NCBI GenBank assembly: GCA_050084515.1
Contig: CM114271.1
Location: 46,252,001-46,316,000, forward strand
Origin: Blasia pusilla
Lineage: Eukaryota
DNA length: 64,000 nt
Direction of reading: 5' to 3'
A program made the position numbers and the translations under genes. Below are positions 14,350 through 27,740 of the stretch, piece after piece (within the stretch, counting starts at the first letter, position 1; the number at the start of each line of letters is the position of its first letter). A model generated the notes under the pieces. The model ran no database searches and had not been told where the DNA came from. It saw only the letters and a list, made by a program, of their open reading frames with translations.

Positions 14350-14440
<91 letters not shown>

Positions 14441-14457
14441 TGTGTGTGTGTGTGTGT
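14350..14457. repeat. Compound (GA)n(GT)n microsatellite
   Basis: Direct inspection. Confidence 0.97.
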
Positions 14458-15885
14458 TGGAAGGAAGAAAAACCTTCACAATTATTTACTTTGACTTAGG
14501 CAATGAGGATTCCATTGATAGGTCTTAGTTGGGTATCAACTATACTAGATGAAGTGGCAAGTATGTGGTGTGGAGTGGTGAGTGCACCAATGGAAGCTTT
14601 ATAAGGTGAGGGAGTGCTCAAGTTGAGTATGTTATAAAGAGTAAGAATAATGACATATAGAGCATCCATGTCTTTTTGCCATTAACTTGACGATCATGGA
14701 AGTGGTTCTAACTGAGGTGTTCCAGTTGGGTAATAATTTATGTGGGAATGGTGGTATTTTTTCCTCATGTTTATAGGTAGATAGTTTTGAGGTGGCAACT
14801 CCTATATTGAAGAGAGAGATGAAGACTCCTAGATTATTGAGGTGGCAACTTCTTGTACGTGGTAGGCTGCAACAACTAGGATGGCGAAGTTATGAGCTAG
14901 GTTAGCTATTACATCAACCATAGCTACCCACCATGATGTGTAGTTACCACAATTGGTTTTTTCAGTGGAAATGTATGAGATACATATGTGTGGGTTCATT
15001 GATATTGGAGGCCTTGCATGCCACATACTCGGCCACATGGAGTGTGTGGGAGTTTGAGGAAGGAAGTACAATTCCGAGATCCATCTCATGGGATTTTCAT
15101 ATTGATGCACTATTACAGTGATGATTTCGTCCACATAGGTATGAGTATGATGGTTTTGGTCGGTATGGGAGATCAATCACCTTTTTTGGGCTAATCTTGA
15201 AAAGTTGGTAAGCTTTCATGACATCATCTGAAATTTTCATTTGTCCTGGGAATTTGTGGTAATCCACAACATATTTTTATAGAGGGTTTATGCTTGCAGA
15301 AACTCAAACTAGATGGGGGTATGGCCACAATGTTAGATGATGATAATGAGGAGCACATGACCCACACCGTGTTACCCTTGGATGTAGTTCTTCAAGGGAA
15401 ATGATTTTGCACTAGATGGTTATTGGTAGGATTGCAAGTGGGAGATTAATGATTGGGTGAGAGAGGACTTGACCTTCTCATCATACCATTGTTAAGGTGC
15501 ATATAGTTCTTGATGCTGCAATTGTATAATTTGGGTTGGAGGGACCCAACTATCAACTACGGAAACGATTTGGTGGCCCCTATCACCAACATGATGTGCC
15601 AATTCAGATTTTTGGAATGCATGTAAATTGTTAAAGATAAATTTAAGAGTATGAAATGTTAATAATGCATCTTTAATGGTAGTATATATTGATTGATTGC
15701 CTGATGTACCGAAGTCATTTTTAGTCATATAGACTCCCATGAATGAGTTTTCTATGAGAATCCATAATTTCTTCCAATAAAGGTCATGGAAATTTGACCA
15801 AAACTTTGGGAATATGAAAAAAATGATAGATTCTTTATTTCAAACGGTAAATTAGAAAGGAAACCCCTTTTTGACATGGGACTCA

Positions 15886-16340
15886 AGTATGTTGGACATA
15901 CTCCCAACATATATTGGAAATTTTGGTTAATAGCTCACCCTTTCATTTTCAACCTTTATGGTATTTCCCTTCACCGAATGATGGTGATCCATGCGGTTGC
16001 TATTGATGGAGTGTTTTTGTCCTCAAAATTTCATTTGTTGATATCTAGTTGCCTAAAGACAACCATCTTTCAATCCTAATCCTCAACAATAAAGGAACCC
16101 TTTTTGACTCAACTCTTCTAAGCTACTCCAAAAATCTGCAAAATATGTCGGACATCCTTATGGCATGTCTTGGATATTTTGGCTAGTAGTTCATCATTTC
16201 ATTTTCAACCTTTTTGGGACTTTCCTGCCTTTAGTGATGGCGTTCCATGCATTTGCTATTCATGGAGCCTTTTCGTCCTCGAAATTTCATTCGCAGATGT
16301 CTAATTGCCCAAAAGACAAGTATCTTTCGATCCTAATCCC
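15886..16340. repeat. Diverged ~195-bp direct repeat (15886-16082 and 16142-16340)
   Basis: Shared TATGT.GGACAT...TTTCATTTTCAACCTTT...AAATTTCATT...ATCTTTC.ATCCTAATCC. Confidence 0.75.
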
Positions 16341-17525
16341 AAAATGTGATGAGGAAATAAGAAATGGTCCTCTACATGTATTCTTGTTTCATCTACCCCT
16401 TCCATTTAAAATTAGGTGTGTCATCACTTAAAATAGGATGAAACAAAAAAAATATTATATGAGCCAAATGGCCGTCGAAATATCCGAAATCGCTCGGGTG
16501 ATCCAGTTTGTGGTGGAACTAAATGGGAAGGGAACTCTAATCTCCGAAAGAAAAGGACATATGAAACTTTAGACGGAGGGCATATGTCGTCCGGTCTATG
16601 TAGCGGTCAGCATACGCCGGCGGGGCCTTTCCACGGCGGATTCTCACGGCTAGGGACCGAGAGGGCACAGAGGAGGAGCATGATACACGGGAAAATGAGC
16701 TGGAATCTTTAGACACCGCCCGGATTCAATGGGAGTTGTGCAAAAGTTAAATGAATAGTAAGACCTCCATAACACAGGGCACTGAGAATTGAAGAACGCA
16801 AAATGGATGATGCCTGGTCATCATAAATTAAAAGAAAGAGGGGAGACGGGAAAAGAAAAGACGCAAAATCACAAGGAAGCAGCGAACGACACCACGATAT
16901 TCTCGACCAAAACCCCGTGCCCTTTTCCCTCTCTAAAGTCGCACCTCCAGACGGGCAGCGCTGCCCCGGATCTGCGAATCCGACACCGCTCCCGATACGG
17001 GCAAAAAAGTAGGCCTTAGCTGGAGTCGCCGCGCGTCGACTTACGATTCACGGGGTTGGCATTGGACGGGAGTGGGGGGGGTTAATTCCGTAGCAGGGGA
17101 CGAAAGGGGGCGGGGCGGGGGAGAACGGTCTTGTTTTTCTCCGAAGAGAGGGAGGAAGGTTTAGCGTCGAGCGTCACCGGACTGGATGGACTCCCAGAGC
17201 CAACAACAATGATGAACTGAACTCTAACTACCGAGATTTGGCTGTGTAGCGATGGACAGGTGGTGAACAGGAGCAGGCTTGTCAATCCTGTAGCGAAAAG
17301 AGTCTGTCCCGTTCTGGTGCAAACCTCCGTTACTCCGTAGAGATAGGTCACGGGAGGCACTCGAATGAATCAGGGAGCCTGTGGGGGACATCTTGGGGCT
17401 GCCGAACACTAGTGTCCCTAAAGTAACGACCGTTCCAGATGTGTGTTCATCACATGCTTGTTGTGTTGTTGTCAGGTTTGGGGGGTTTCTCCGTCGAACC
17501 CGTACATTTCCCGACCGGTAACGTC

Positions 17526-17590
17526 AATCCGGTTTTTGAATACGATTTAAATCCGGTTTTTGAATACGATTTAAATCCGGTTTTAAATAC
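17526..17590. repeat. 24-bp tandem repeat, about 2.7 copies
   Basis: AATCCGGTTTTTGAATACGATTTA at 17526, 17550 and partially at 17574. Confidence 0.85.
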
Positions 17591-19158
17591 TCTATAAAAA
17601 AAGAAATGCTTCTTTCCTAGTTGATGATTTGAAAACGAAGACGATTTTTACTCTGTTGAAAAAATAAAATTAACTCAGTAGGCGTACTCGGAACCCGGAT
17701 CTCCCTAAACCCGGTCTAATTAGCTTCGCTCGCTCCATCTAAAAATATTTACCTGACCGTGATACTATGGCATACCGTAAACGATATCTCTAGCATGAGC
17801 ATTTGGTTGGAGGTTCCGGGGGGAACGCATTTCCCGTAAAATAACACTGGTACGATCTTTATGCGACGCACGGGCATCTTACTTGGGGATGCAATAGAGC
17901 GAATCAATTTTGGCTCGGTGAGTGGCCCAAAGCTTGAGTCGTGTCCACTATTGTCGGGTGGCTTTTGAGGTGCCCGTCCCACCGTGACGGGGCGTCCTGT
18001 GCATCTTTGTGGCCGTGTATTCGTGTGTACATATGTGGCGACATCACGACTATCCAAAACTAATTGTCTGATTCCTTGAATTCTTCACAGCCGAGAGCTA
18101 TGGACGTCCCCTTTCACGGATGATCGAACTCACAGGCCGTAATACTCTTGCTAAACTCTTACAATGGCGGTCGTGATCAAATTTAAAAATGTGAACTAGA
18201 AATATGATGGGGCAATTGGTGAGCTTTTGCTTGTCGAAAATTTCAAATGTGGAAGTCTTAGATAGCCATCCCAAGATGGGTGTCTCTAATAATAGTATAG
18301 ATAATGTAAAGGGTAAATAGGGTTTCTCATATTAGTCCGGTATGAATGTGGTGTTCACGATCCTCATCACTTCACATGCCTAAACCTTGCGTTTGATCAA
18401 ACGCAAGGCAAGAGGCAAGACTTGGGAGGAGTTCAAGTTTCAAGACATTGGTTGCCAAGAGGATTTGGAACTTGACTAGTCTTTGAGGGTTTTGCCGTGT
18501 TTAAGGTCATAACAATCGGCCCCTAAGTGCATTTAAGATGGAATTGGAAAGCTTATGTAAAGATAATTCCAACTCACCAAAGATCCAAACAAACGTAAGA
18601 ACAGATATCAAGAAGATATCCCTCAACTATCAGATTGGTAGTTGCGTTGAGGGCCAAAATGAGCAGCCCAAGAGGACTTTCCCAAAGGTAGGGAGAGGGA
18701 AGAGATCTCTAGAACTATATATAAGAAGGAGGGTCTCCAAGGGGTGCTTAGGGCGTGAACTCTACTTTGGGGCCCCGTGAGGCGAACCAAGGGCACGAAG
18801 TGGATCGGGAGGTTGGCTTCGGGGTTGTGTACATCAAGCCAAGTTCGAAGGGTGAAAGTTTAGATGTCAACCTTAGACCTCGACTCGTGATTGAATTCTT
18901 AGGTCTCGATTTTAGGATTTATTGGACAATTGGAATCGCCAGGCATGCAAGGCTCGTATTAGGTGTATGGACTATCTAGGAAGTATGTCCCAAGTCTAGA
19001 AGACTTGTCGGTGTTGGAAGTGAGGAGATAGGAATTGTTGAGCTTGTTAGATAGCCAGAGTTGAGAACTCGAGAAGATGTGTGGATGATTGATTCAAACA
19101 TTGCTTAACATGAGTGTGTTTGGGTGCAGATTAGTAAGGAGAGCGTGTTGAATGTACG

Positions 19159-19262
19159 TGTCGTGCGAATCCACATCGTCATACAACATACATCGCTGAC
19201 ATACCATACTCACATACATACATAACATAGACGAGAGTATCCACAAACACAAGTGTACCACA
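19159..19262 (-). repeat. E1 terminal A' repeat (104 bp)
   Basis: Matches 19636-19739 except for 2 substitutions; TG...CA ends. Confidence 0.92.
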
Positions 19263-19264
19263 AC

Positions 19265-19632
19265 TGAAATGCGTGAAAGACCTACTGTCATAAAACACGT
19301 TTACAATCACATACAATCGAGCCAAACCCACTCCACGATGGGAGAATCCAGGTTGAAGCTTGCGGGAAACACCATAGCCAAGAGCTCTACTCACTACCAA
19401 GGCTAACTCCCAACGCAACAGGCTCAACTCAAAGAACTGACTGTTCTTTGAGTGCACTCCACCTTATATCCTCCAACCTAAGAGCGGGCCCTACTGGGAA
19501 ACTCACCCCCAACTGAGTAACCCCCAACCCTATGTATGGAACCGCATCTCTACCAAGCCACTACGGTCCTACATAAGGAATGACCTCTACTAGCACACTA
19601 TACTCTACGACATAATCCGTATGGTCATGACA
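19265..19632 (-). repeat. E1 3' B repeat (LTR core, 368 bp)
   Basis: Matches 28533-28931 apart from about 4 transitions and a 31-bp insertion in the 5' copy; TG...CA ends. Confidence 0.95.
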
Positions 19633-19635
19633 AAT

Positions 19636-19739
19636 TGTCGTATGAATCCACATCGTCATACAACATACATCGCTGACATACCATACTCACATACATACAT
19701 AACATAGACGAGAGTATCCACAAACACAAGTGTACCACA
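19636..19739 (-). repeat. E1 internal A repeat (104 bp), directly after the PPT
   Basis: Direct repeat of 19159-19262; preceded on the sense strand by PPT AGGGGGGCGA plus GT. Confidence 0.92.
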
Positions 19740-19740
19740 A

Positions 19741-19751
19741 CTCGCCCCCCT
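19741..19751 (-). other. Polypurine tract of E1
   Basis: Sense AGGGGGGCGAG abutting A; the same motif occurs at 285-293 and 61129-61138. Confidence 0.85.
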
Positions 19752-19914
19752 AATTGGCGGTTAGGTCCCTCTAACTCCCAGGTAGCCCTATACATCTACT
19801 ACATGCTATACACCTTCTTGGGTGCCCGAATCAGAAGGCCAGGTGCTAGGTTGCCCCATCGTTAGTCGCACATCTGTAATCCATATCATGCAAAGATCAA
19901 GTTATCTACCTCTC

Positions 19915-20062
19915 CTAAGTACATCGAGGACAAACCCACCTTCCAAAGAGGGAACAACATCCAAACGTGGAGTCAAACACATAATGTGCCAACCCTAGAA
20001 CACCGATCACACACCAACATACGGGTCTGCGTTACAAAGCAGACCCACACAACATGCACCTC
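19915..20062 (-). pseudogene. E1 PHD finger (frameshifted)
   Basis: CMLCG...MLVCDRCSR/GWHIMCLTPRLDVVP/GRWVCPRC across frameshifts. Confidence 0.8.
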
Positions 20063-20069
20063 AAGCTAG

Positions 20070-21300
20070 CACGTATCATGGCTAAGCTTGGGTCAACAGT
20101 ACCATCCACATTTGGAAGATGACATGGCGCACAATTACGCACATGGTCCTTCCAAACAACTCCATCACGACCCTCCAACATGAGAACTCTAGAAGCTAAC
20201 ACCTTGCGACTCAGTAAAATAGTGCGCCTGCCGTCACATCCAACATTGTCGGGGCAATCTGCTACAACAGACATAAGTCCCCACATGGAACCTACAAATC
20301 GATGGTCGATAACCTCCACCTCAAATGGTTGCATACCGCAACGTATCCCTGTGTTGAGCAATGGCAAGATTCTCAAAGGCCGTTGGCATAACTCTCCGAA
20401 AGAGCTCCGCCGAGAACACACCTCATCCACATCTCCGGGTCATCAAGGTTCACCACCTCACTAGACTCCCGACCAATTTCTGCTGGCAAGTCCGGATCTC
20501 GGCCGATAAAAGTAAAATAAGGTGAGAAGGAAGCCAAGGATGCTTGGCGATCGAACCTATACCCCATGGCTAACCATGGCAAATCGAATATCCGGTCTCC
20601 AAGATGCCCTTCAGAGGCCATACTTGCGCAATGCCCTCTTCACCGCCTCGAACCACATGCTCAGCCAAACCATCCGCCTACGGATGATCTCGAGACGTGG
20701 TCCGATGATCAATCAACGCCTTGTCACACAAGACCTGAAACTCACCCAAACTCAGACTCGGTCGGTCAAGACTTCAGGTGGTGCACCAAAATGACTAAGC
20801 ACTCTATCCAGAAATGCATACGCCGTTCCTCACTCGCCTTGTCCGGTAATGCCACCAACTCAATCCACTTGGAGAAGTGCTCCACCATCACCAACACATA
20901 TCGATGATGTCGCGATACCAACGGTAACGGTCCCGCAAAGTCCACACTCCAACGGTAACCCAACCCCATAATAGGCAAGGGGTGTAATTGTGGTGTAGGG
21001 GCATTAAATGATGCCTCACCCGGTCACAAACCATACAACGTGACACCAATCGCTGCACCGAGTATGCATGCCACGCCACCAATATCGCCAAGGAGTAAGC
21101 TATACGACGCTTTACCCCAAAATGTCCCAACTCCTCATGGGCATGTCGCACAATGCGCTCTCTCTCGAGCCAAATGTGGCACTACTCAGACTCTACCATC
21201 CTCCCACACGCGGAGAATATGTGTTCCCTCCAATCGATACCTCTTAGCACGTTGAAGAACACGGTCTCGCTCCTTGGCACTCACTATGCCCGGCACCCGA
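20070..21300 (-). pseudogene. E1 integrase (HHCC zinc finger plus DDE core), frameshifted
   Basis: HAHEELGHFG...CMVCDR; WSVDFAGPLP...VMVEHFSKWIELVALP; LPWLAMGYRF. Confidence 0.92.
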
Positions 21301-21608
21301 CTGGTCCGTAGGAACTCCAACACCAACGCATCATCATGAATATCACGCTGATCCGCACCACCATCTCCAACCTTAGGATCTCAAGGTCGCCATCTACCCT
21401 CGACTAGAGTAAGATATCACGTGGTCCTCCATACTAGAGTCCACACCTAACCAACATTAAAGGCGGATGCATGCCAACCTGGCACCATCTCCTCATCAAC
21501 CTCGCCATGCCATCTAGCCCCTGTTGTATCCTCTTGGCTAGTACATGGGTTCCTACTCAACCCATCAAGATCAAGGTTGGCAACCCAGGTCTATGTACCA
21601 CCCGGAAG

Positions 21609-21971
21609 TCATACTCTGTAAGATAAGAGCCCACCGTGCAAGCTTCCTGTAAGCTTGTCCGACTCCATCAACCACTTGAGCGGTTGGTGATCAGTAACAA
21701 GGGTAAACTGGGTGCCAAACAAGTAACACCTAAAGTGTGCCACAGCCCACACTGCTGCCAAGCACTCTCCCTCATATGAACTATAGCACGACTCCGCTGC
21801 ATTATTCGAACGACTTGCATAGGCCACCACAAACTCCATGTGCTCATCATCATGTTGTGTCAACACCGCTCCAAGTCCCAACCTACTCCAATCAGTGTGT
21901 AACTGAAATGGGCGCCCTCTGATAGGTCTCCTCAAGATAGGCGCCGCCACCAACTGGGCCTTAAGCTCCAC
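21609..21971 (-). pseudogene. E1 RNase H
   Basis: PFQLHTDWSRLGLGAVLTQ...VVAYASRS...YSSYEGECLAAVWAVAHFRCYLFG..FTLVTDHQPLKWL. Confidence 0.93.
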
Positions 21972-22049
21972 AAAAGCTCTCTCCTGATCATCTCCCTAGT
22001 GCCACTCTTGATCTGATTTCAGCAATTGGTTCAAAGGCTTTGCCATAGC

Positions 22050-22900
22050 ACTAAATCCCTTCACATACCTCCGATAATAGTTCGCCAATCCCATGAATGC
22101 TCAAACTCTACTCACATCTACCGGACGCGGAATAAGTGCAATAGCCTCCACCTTTGCTTGTTGAACTCCCAAACCACATGGATAGATCACATGACCCAAG
22201 TACTCAACATCCTCATGGAAGAACTTACACTTTCCTGGATGCAAACGTAGACCATGAGCTTTCAACCGCTCAAACACCATCTGCAAATGTATCTGATGCT
22301 CCTCCACCGTGTTATTGAACACCAAGATATCATCAATGTAACACCGAACAAAATCCAACCCTGCTAGGATCCTGTCCATCACTCTTTGAAACTCGGCAGG
22401 TGCATTCTTCAACCCAAAGGGTAAGAATTTCCACTGGTACAAACAATCCTTGCCATGAGAGTTGACACCCCAAAATGTGTCTTGGCCTTGTCACTCTCCC
22501 AAATCGGCAATTGATGGTATCTCGCTCAAGATCCAAAAATCTTGAAAATCTTTGCCTGTCCCACCACATCAAAGATCTCCTCAGTGTAGGCATGACATAC
22601 CTATCGGCCTTGGTTTGCCGATTGATAGGACGGTAATCTCCACACATCCACCTATCGTGTAGTTGCCATGCATATCCTTTTTGGCGGGCATGACAAAGTG
22701 GGCGATGCATACTCTCCATGCGACAACTCCACTAATCCAGCCTCCAAAAGGTCCAACGTCCTACTCAATCAAGTCCCTCTCCATATCACTATATCGATAG
22801 GGACGACGGAAGATTGGCGTATCACTAGCCAAATCAATCCGTATACCGGTCCAACCAGAGAACCCAACTCCTTCATGCTAAAGGCAAAACAACTCCTATA
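22050..22900 (-). pseudogene. E1 reverse transcriptase, frameshifted
   Basis: MCGDYRPIN; PFGLKNAPAEFQRVMD; YIDD at 22329-22340; KCKFF..VEYLGH. Confidence 0.95.
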
Positions 22901-23269
22901 AGCACGTAGGAGGCGTGTCAGCGTTGTTTCTCACCTCCCGTAAGCTTGGGCCCAAGTAATGGCTCCCAAGTCTCCTCCACCGGCACACTAGAGGGAGAGG
23001 ACGATGCCATTGGGCACTCATAACCCCCTCACAAGATGGTACACCCTTAGCTACACCATCATCCGAGCAAATAACTCCTCCACCAAAGCATGAGCAACCA
23101 ACTCCACATGCCCAGCCATTACATCCCATTTACTCCAAGGATGCAAAATACTACTCTCCTCGCCCCGGGCCGATGCCTCTACCGCCCCGGTAGCCATCGA
23201 GCTCATTACAAGGGGTGGAAGACCCATGACATAGTCCGAAGTCGATTTGCTCGCCATACCAAGACTCAA

Positions 23270-24215
23270 AATCCAAGTCAAACAATTCAGGTCCATGGCC
23301 GACCCAACACATGACGTCGTGAAGCCTCAGAAATAGAAGCAACATTTGTCACACCAAGAGCAAATCCCATCGCACGCTCTCTCTCATCAGCGTTAGGCTC
23401 CACCAACTGCCGCACATGAGAATCCCATACAAGCCGGACCACCTTCCTCGTAGGCATGTGACGAGGAAAACTCACAAATGTGGGTAGTGCCATCCTAGGG
23501 TGGCCCACACGGTTCACCACCGCCATGGGTGACCGATCAATAACCCTCACCACTTGAGAAAGTCGCCCAAGATTCAAGATACTATCCCTTTGAAGGCGAG
23601 GATCCCGCCGCACCGCATCATATGCTCGACGAGAACCTCCTAGGCAACAAGTTTGTCCACCACAAGCGTGGGCGATGTGCACGCTGAGCCAACTCAGGCG
23701 CAGATCCAACAACACCGCTGGTCCAATCCAAGACCGCACTCATGAACACTCGCCATCATCCGGGTCCGAGTGTCACCCAACAATGGAACATTCTCCGAAA
23801 GTAAGCTAGAGCACGTGCTCGATGAACTGAAGATGTCGTAACACCCGTAACATCTCCCAAAACAATCGAGACCTAGGGTCATGTAATCCCTCACCCTCAC
23901 CCGACAAAGACGTATGACTGACGACATGGCCATCCAAAGAATCACCAAATCCACAGGACCAACCCTCTCAAGGTCCTGCGCCCCCAACAATGCAATGTGT
24001 GATGGTAAAGCACGCTGGTACCCACGAATAGCTGATGGCGGCAACAACTCAGGGTATCTCCACATCAACTGACCAATATGTCGAGATGAGACTCTATGGG
24101 CCGTCTCATCTCGCTCCACATACACGTATCTCCGCACAGGAATACCGGCCTGCAACACTGCCGCCAAACCAGTGCTAATCCCACCAAAGAGATCTAACAC
24201 ACAAATGCCCTCCGG
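23270..24215 (-). pseudogene. E1 DNMT3-like C5 cytosine DNA methyltransferase domain, frameshifted
   Basis: Motif I VLDLFGGI (~24177-24200), motif II YVE, motif IV DLVI/GWPC (GWPC 23924-23935), motif VI ENV (~23788-23796), motif VIII AHRPRLWWTNL (~23648-23680), motif IX ERERAMGF, motif X RRHVLG. Confidence 0.9.
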
Positions 24216-24519
24216 AGGATACTGCCATACAATGGGTATAGTATCCAAAGGGGATAACCCAACTGGACCAGAAGTAGGAGTCCATTTGTGGGGCCTCCTC
24301 TTCCTCGTGAGGTATAATGACCTCACACCAAGCCTCTGCACTAGGCGATCGGCCTCCTGCCGTAGTGCACCGCCTGAACTCCAAAGTGGCACATCCAACG
24401 ATGAGGATGCCACTGCTGCAAAAATAGGGACCTCCTCTACCTCCTCATGCGCAGGAGAATCCATAGCAGATACATTACCCTCCAAAAAGTCTCCTGGCCA
24501 AGTGACTACTCCACTAAAA

Positions 24520-25140
24520 CCAGCCCACAGATGCTAACACTGGGGAAGACCCTCCGGTCGAGCCCGGAAATAAATCTCACAGAACTTGGCTCATACGTCC
24601 ATCCCCAGATCGCCAACCAGGTGCAGAAGACGCTGCCTCACCCAATAATCCATCTGAAAACCCATTGGGTACAATATTGCTCCTCCAACTAGTACATCAT
24701 ACGACTCGGTGATGTGACTACCGCATGATACTCCCAACCGGGAGCTATGATCTGGTCTCAATCATGCAGTAAAACTTCTCCGTGTCATGAATTGAGACCT
24801 ATCATTGGCTCCTCCTAGTGATGTTTGAATCTGGAATGGGCAAGGCTCAAGCTCGACCTCCGAATACCCAAACCAATACATGCCGCCTTTCCCAACATCA
24901 AAGGTTGGGCACCGAGTCTAACAAGACTCTATCTGGTCTATACACCTGTCTGTAGGACTCACCAATCGGAAGATCCCACTCCGGTTGTCCAACATACATA
25001 CACAGGTGTAAGCCTCTCACGATCAATGGCTGGCCGGGTGGTAATGCATCCATCTTCGCCATTTCGCCGCCAAGTAGCACCGGGTACTCAATGCTACTCG
25101 ACATAGAGGGTCGCTCCACCGCAACACCCTCATCCACCTC
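24520..25140 (-). pseudogene. E1 aspartic protease, frameshifted
   Basis: RVLLDS(G)AQPLM at about 24896-24930 once a 1-nt deletion is restored. Confidence 0.75.
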
Positions 25141-25399
25141 AACATGTGTAGCAAGAATACCCCACCTTCACACAACGTGGTCGCTAACTGAAATACTGAG
25201 CTAAGTCAACTCCTAAAGCCATCGCCCGTGGCGAAAACAATGGTGATCCAACACCGAAGTTGCCATCCGCATAATCTTGCATTGGATGATGCATCCGTGT
25301 CTACTACACGCGATGTAGATGCCTCGATCCCCACTGTCGGCTCAATAGGTGCGAGGAACCATGGATGGAGTCCTAAGCACCTCAGACAACAAGAATGAC

Positions 25400-26020
25400 C
25401 GGGAAGCCTAGCTCGCCTCCCGCCTCACCCCTCTGTGGGTCCAACTCCACAAGAGCACCACGTGGCTCGACGCCGAGTGGCTCCTCTCAGAATCGTGATG
25501 CCTCAACTTTGTCCGCACTCGCCATATAAGAGAGATCATCCCCTCCATAAGAGGTGGAAGCCCTCGCTCCCGAACCTGATCTATGTTGGATACCGACCAT
25601 AGTAGCCAACTTCTCGCTCCAATCGCCAATCGTGGCGACCATAGTCGACTCCTCGTAGTGGTAGGGGTAGCCACCGTGAGGCTCTCCAACCACCTGGTCC
25701 ACCTCTACCACCCCTACCACCTCTACCACCTCGGCCTCTCGGAGCTACTCCACCACGGCCACGGCCTGATCTCAACTCGGATGAAGATCAAAGCAACGCT
25801 CTCGAGGATGACCTAGTCTCCGCAATGATCACACTGAGTTGGGGCCGATCGAGGCCCATCCTCCAAAGTCCGTCTCCCATCCTCTTGGGGACAAAACTTC
25901 CTAACATGATCACCTCCACATGTCCAACATGATCGTCCCTGGGGCAGCAAATGAAGGCAATGGTCTCTGCACAAATGTCCTCTAGGACTTGACTCGAGGG
26001 CGTGTACCCCCACGACTCCC

Positions 26021-26052
<32 letters not shown>

Positions 26053-27156
26053 GAGACTCTGAGGTGGGCGGCTGAACACGAGAAGTAGTAGTTGTATCCC
26101 TACTGAATGCGGATGTCACCACTCTCTCCTTCACCATGTTAAGCTCAATCTTCTCAGATAGAGCAAACACATGGGTCAATGTGGGTGAATCATCACTCAT
26201 AAGAGTAGCATCACGTACCCTACGGCGCAAATCTCTGTCCAAGATCCCATACCAAAACTGGACTGCCTGATCCTCAATCACACCCTGGGTAACTGAAATC
26301 AAGCGTCACATACGAGTGTATGCCTCACGAAGACTCTCACCAGTTTTTCGCTCAAAGTCCTGAAGATTCCTCAACTTCTCCGTCTTCACTCCCTGATAGT
26401 TCTTCTTCAACCTCTTGAAGAACTCGCAGAATCGGCTAACGATGGTGGGGCACTAGTACCTCCACTAGTACCCCCACTCGGCTCTGCACTGCACCACTTT
26501 CAATGGTCGGGCCGGGCCGGGCATAGTAGGAGCACTACTACCAATACCACCATGGGTGATAGACACATAACTGGAGACCAATATTGTCTCCATGCCTCAA
26601 TCTCAAAGCAACATGGTCCTTCCTAAACTCATGGTAATCATCCATGGGTGGTCCTTCCAAGTCTTTGAAACAACCCTTCCAAGCCAAGAAGGGTGTAAAC
26701 AACGTGCGTTCCGCAACATCCGCATATCACACCACGTATCAAACTCCCGCATGAAGTCCTCCAACTCAATGGTGCCCACTTTGCACCGAGTATCGTCGTG
26801 GGCCCTTCATGGCCCCATATCCACCGTCCATGTCCCAAATCAATGGAGCCGCAACACTCGATAACAACGTAGAAGACTCGGTGTTTGGAACACCCTGGTC
26901 CTCCTCTTCATCAACCGTCGGAAGTGGAAAAGGTAGCCGATACCTAAATCCACTCCGTGTGAAACCACCACTGTCCGCACCACGGTCCCCAACCAGACCA
27001 TCCGACAGCTCCGTGATGACCAACGCCGATGCCGCACCACCACCAAATTACCCAAGTGACGTCGATGTCGCTCTACTATTGTAGCTCTACTAGCTATGGA
27101 TGTAGGCAATCTAACCTTTCATCACTACAAGAAGCCTCCCACGGTCTACTGGTCAT
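25400..27156 (-). pseudogene. E1 gag with CCHC zinc knuckles and an RGG-rich tail, frameshifted
   Basis: CWTCGGDHVRKFC, a second knuckle CDHCG..H.RERC, and RGRGGRGGRGG; lies upstream of protease. Confidence 0.8.
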
Positions 27157-27740
27157 CACTCCAGCCTCACTACCGGTAGCACACAGGAGTAACACTACTC
27201 TGGAAATCAGCGTCAACCCCAACAATGGGCGCGCAAGCAAGAAGCACGATGGAGGGGATCCAAACACAGGAAATCCAACGACAACCCTCCAATCGCAAAT
27301 GGAAATCAAGGTAACACAATCCACCAAACGTGGTGCCCTCTGAATCCACAAAACCCACCACACAATTCTAACGCAATAGCTACTCCGCGCGGGTCGATGA
27401 CGTGCTAGTAACACGCAAAGACCTGAAAATATCACCTGCATGGAGAGGCTACACCGTACTATGCGCTAGAGGTACATCAACCAAAAACCTGAGATGCATA
27501 AAGCGCCTAACACATCTCCGAACAAAGACCAAATGAGCTGTCATGCAGTACATCTGGCATAGTTAAGAACTCGGTAGTTAAGCGTCCTCCAGGCATAATA
27601 GCCCAAAGATGGGTGACCAGTTATGCAAAACTCAAATCCCAAATCCTGAAAAAATTTCCTCACGCCCAAGCAAGCAAGCTTGCTTGCTTGCTCCTTGCTC
27701 CTTACTCCGCCTCTCACGCCCACTCGCCCGAAGCTACCAC

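Noticed and set aside
17526-17590. CRISPR-like short repeats
   Set aside because: Head-to-tail tandem with no spacers, no cas genes, and a eukaryotic context.
19159-19632. Treating B+A' as a normal 3' LTR with a deleted 5' LTR
   Set aside because: The PPT precedes the internal A rather than B, the PBS abuts the 5' B directly, and two other insertions show the same A-B-A end.
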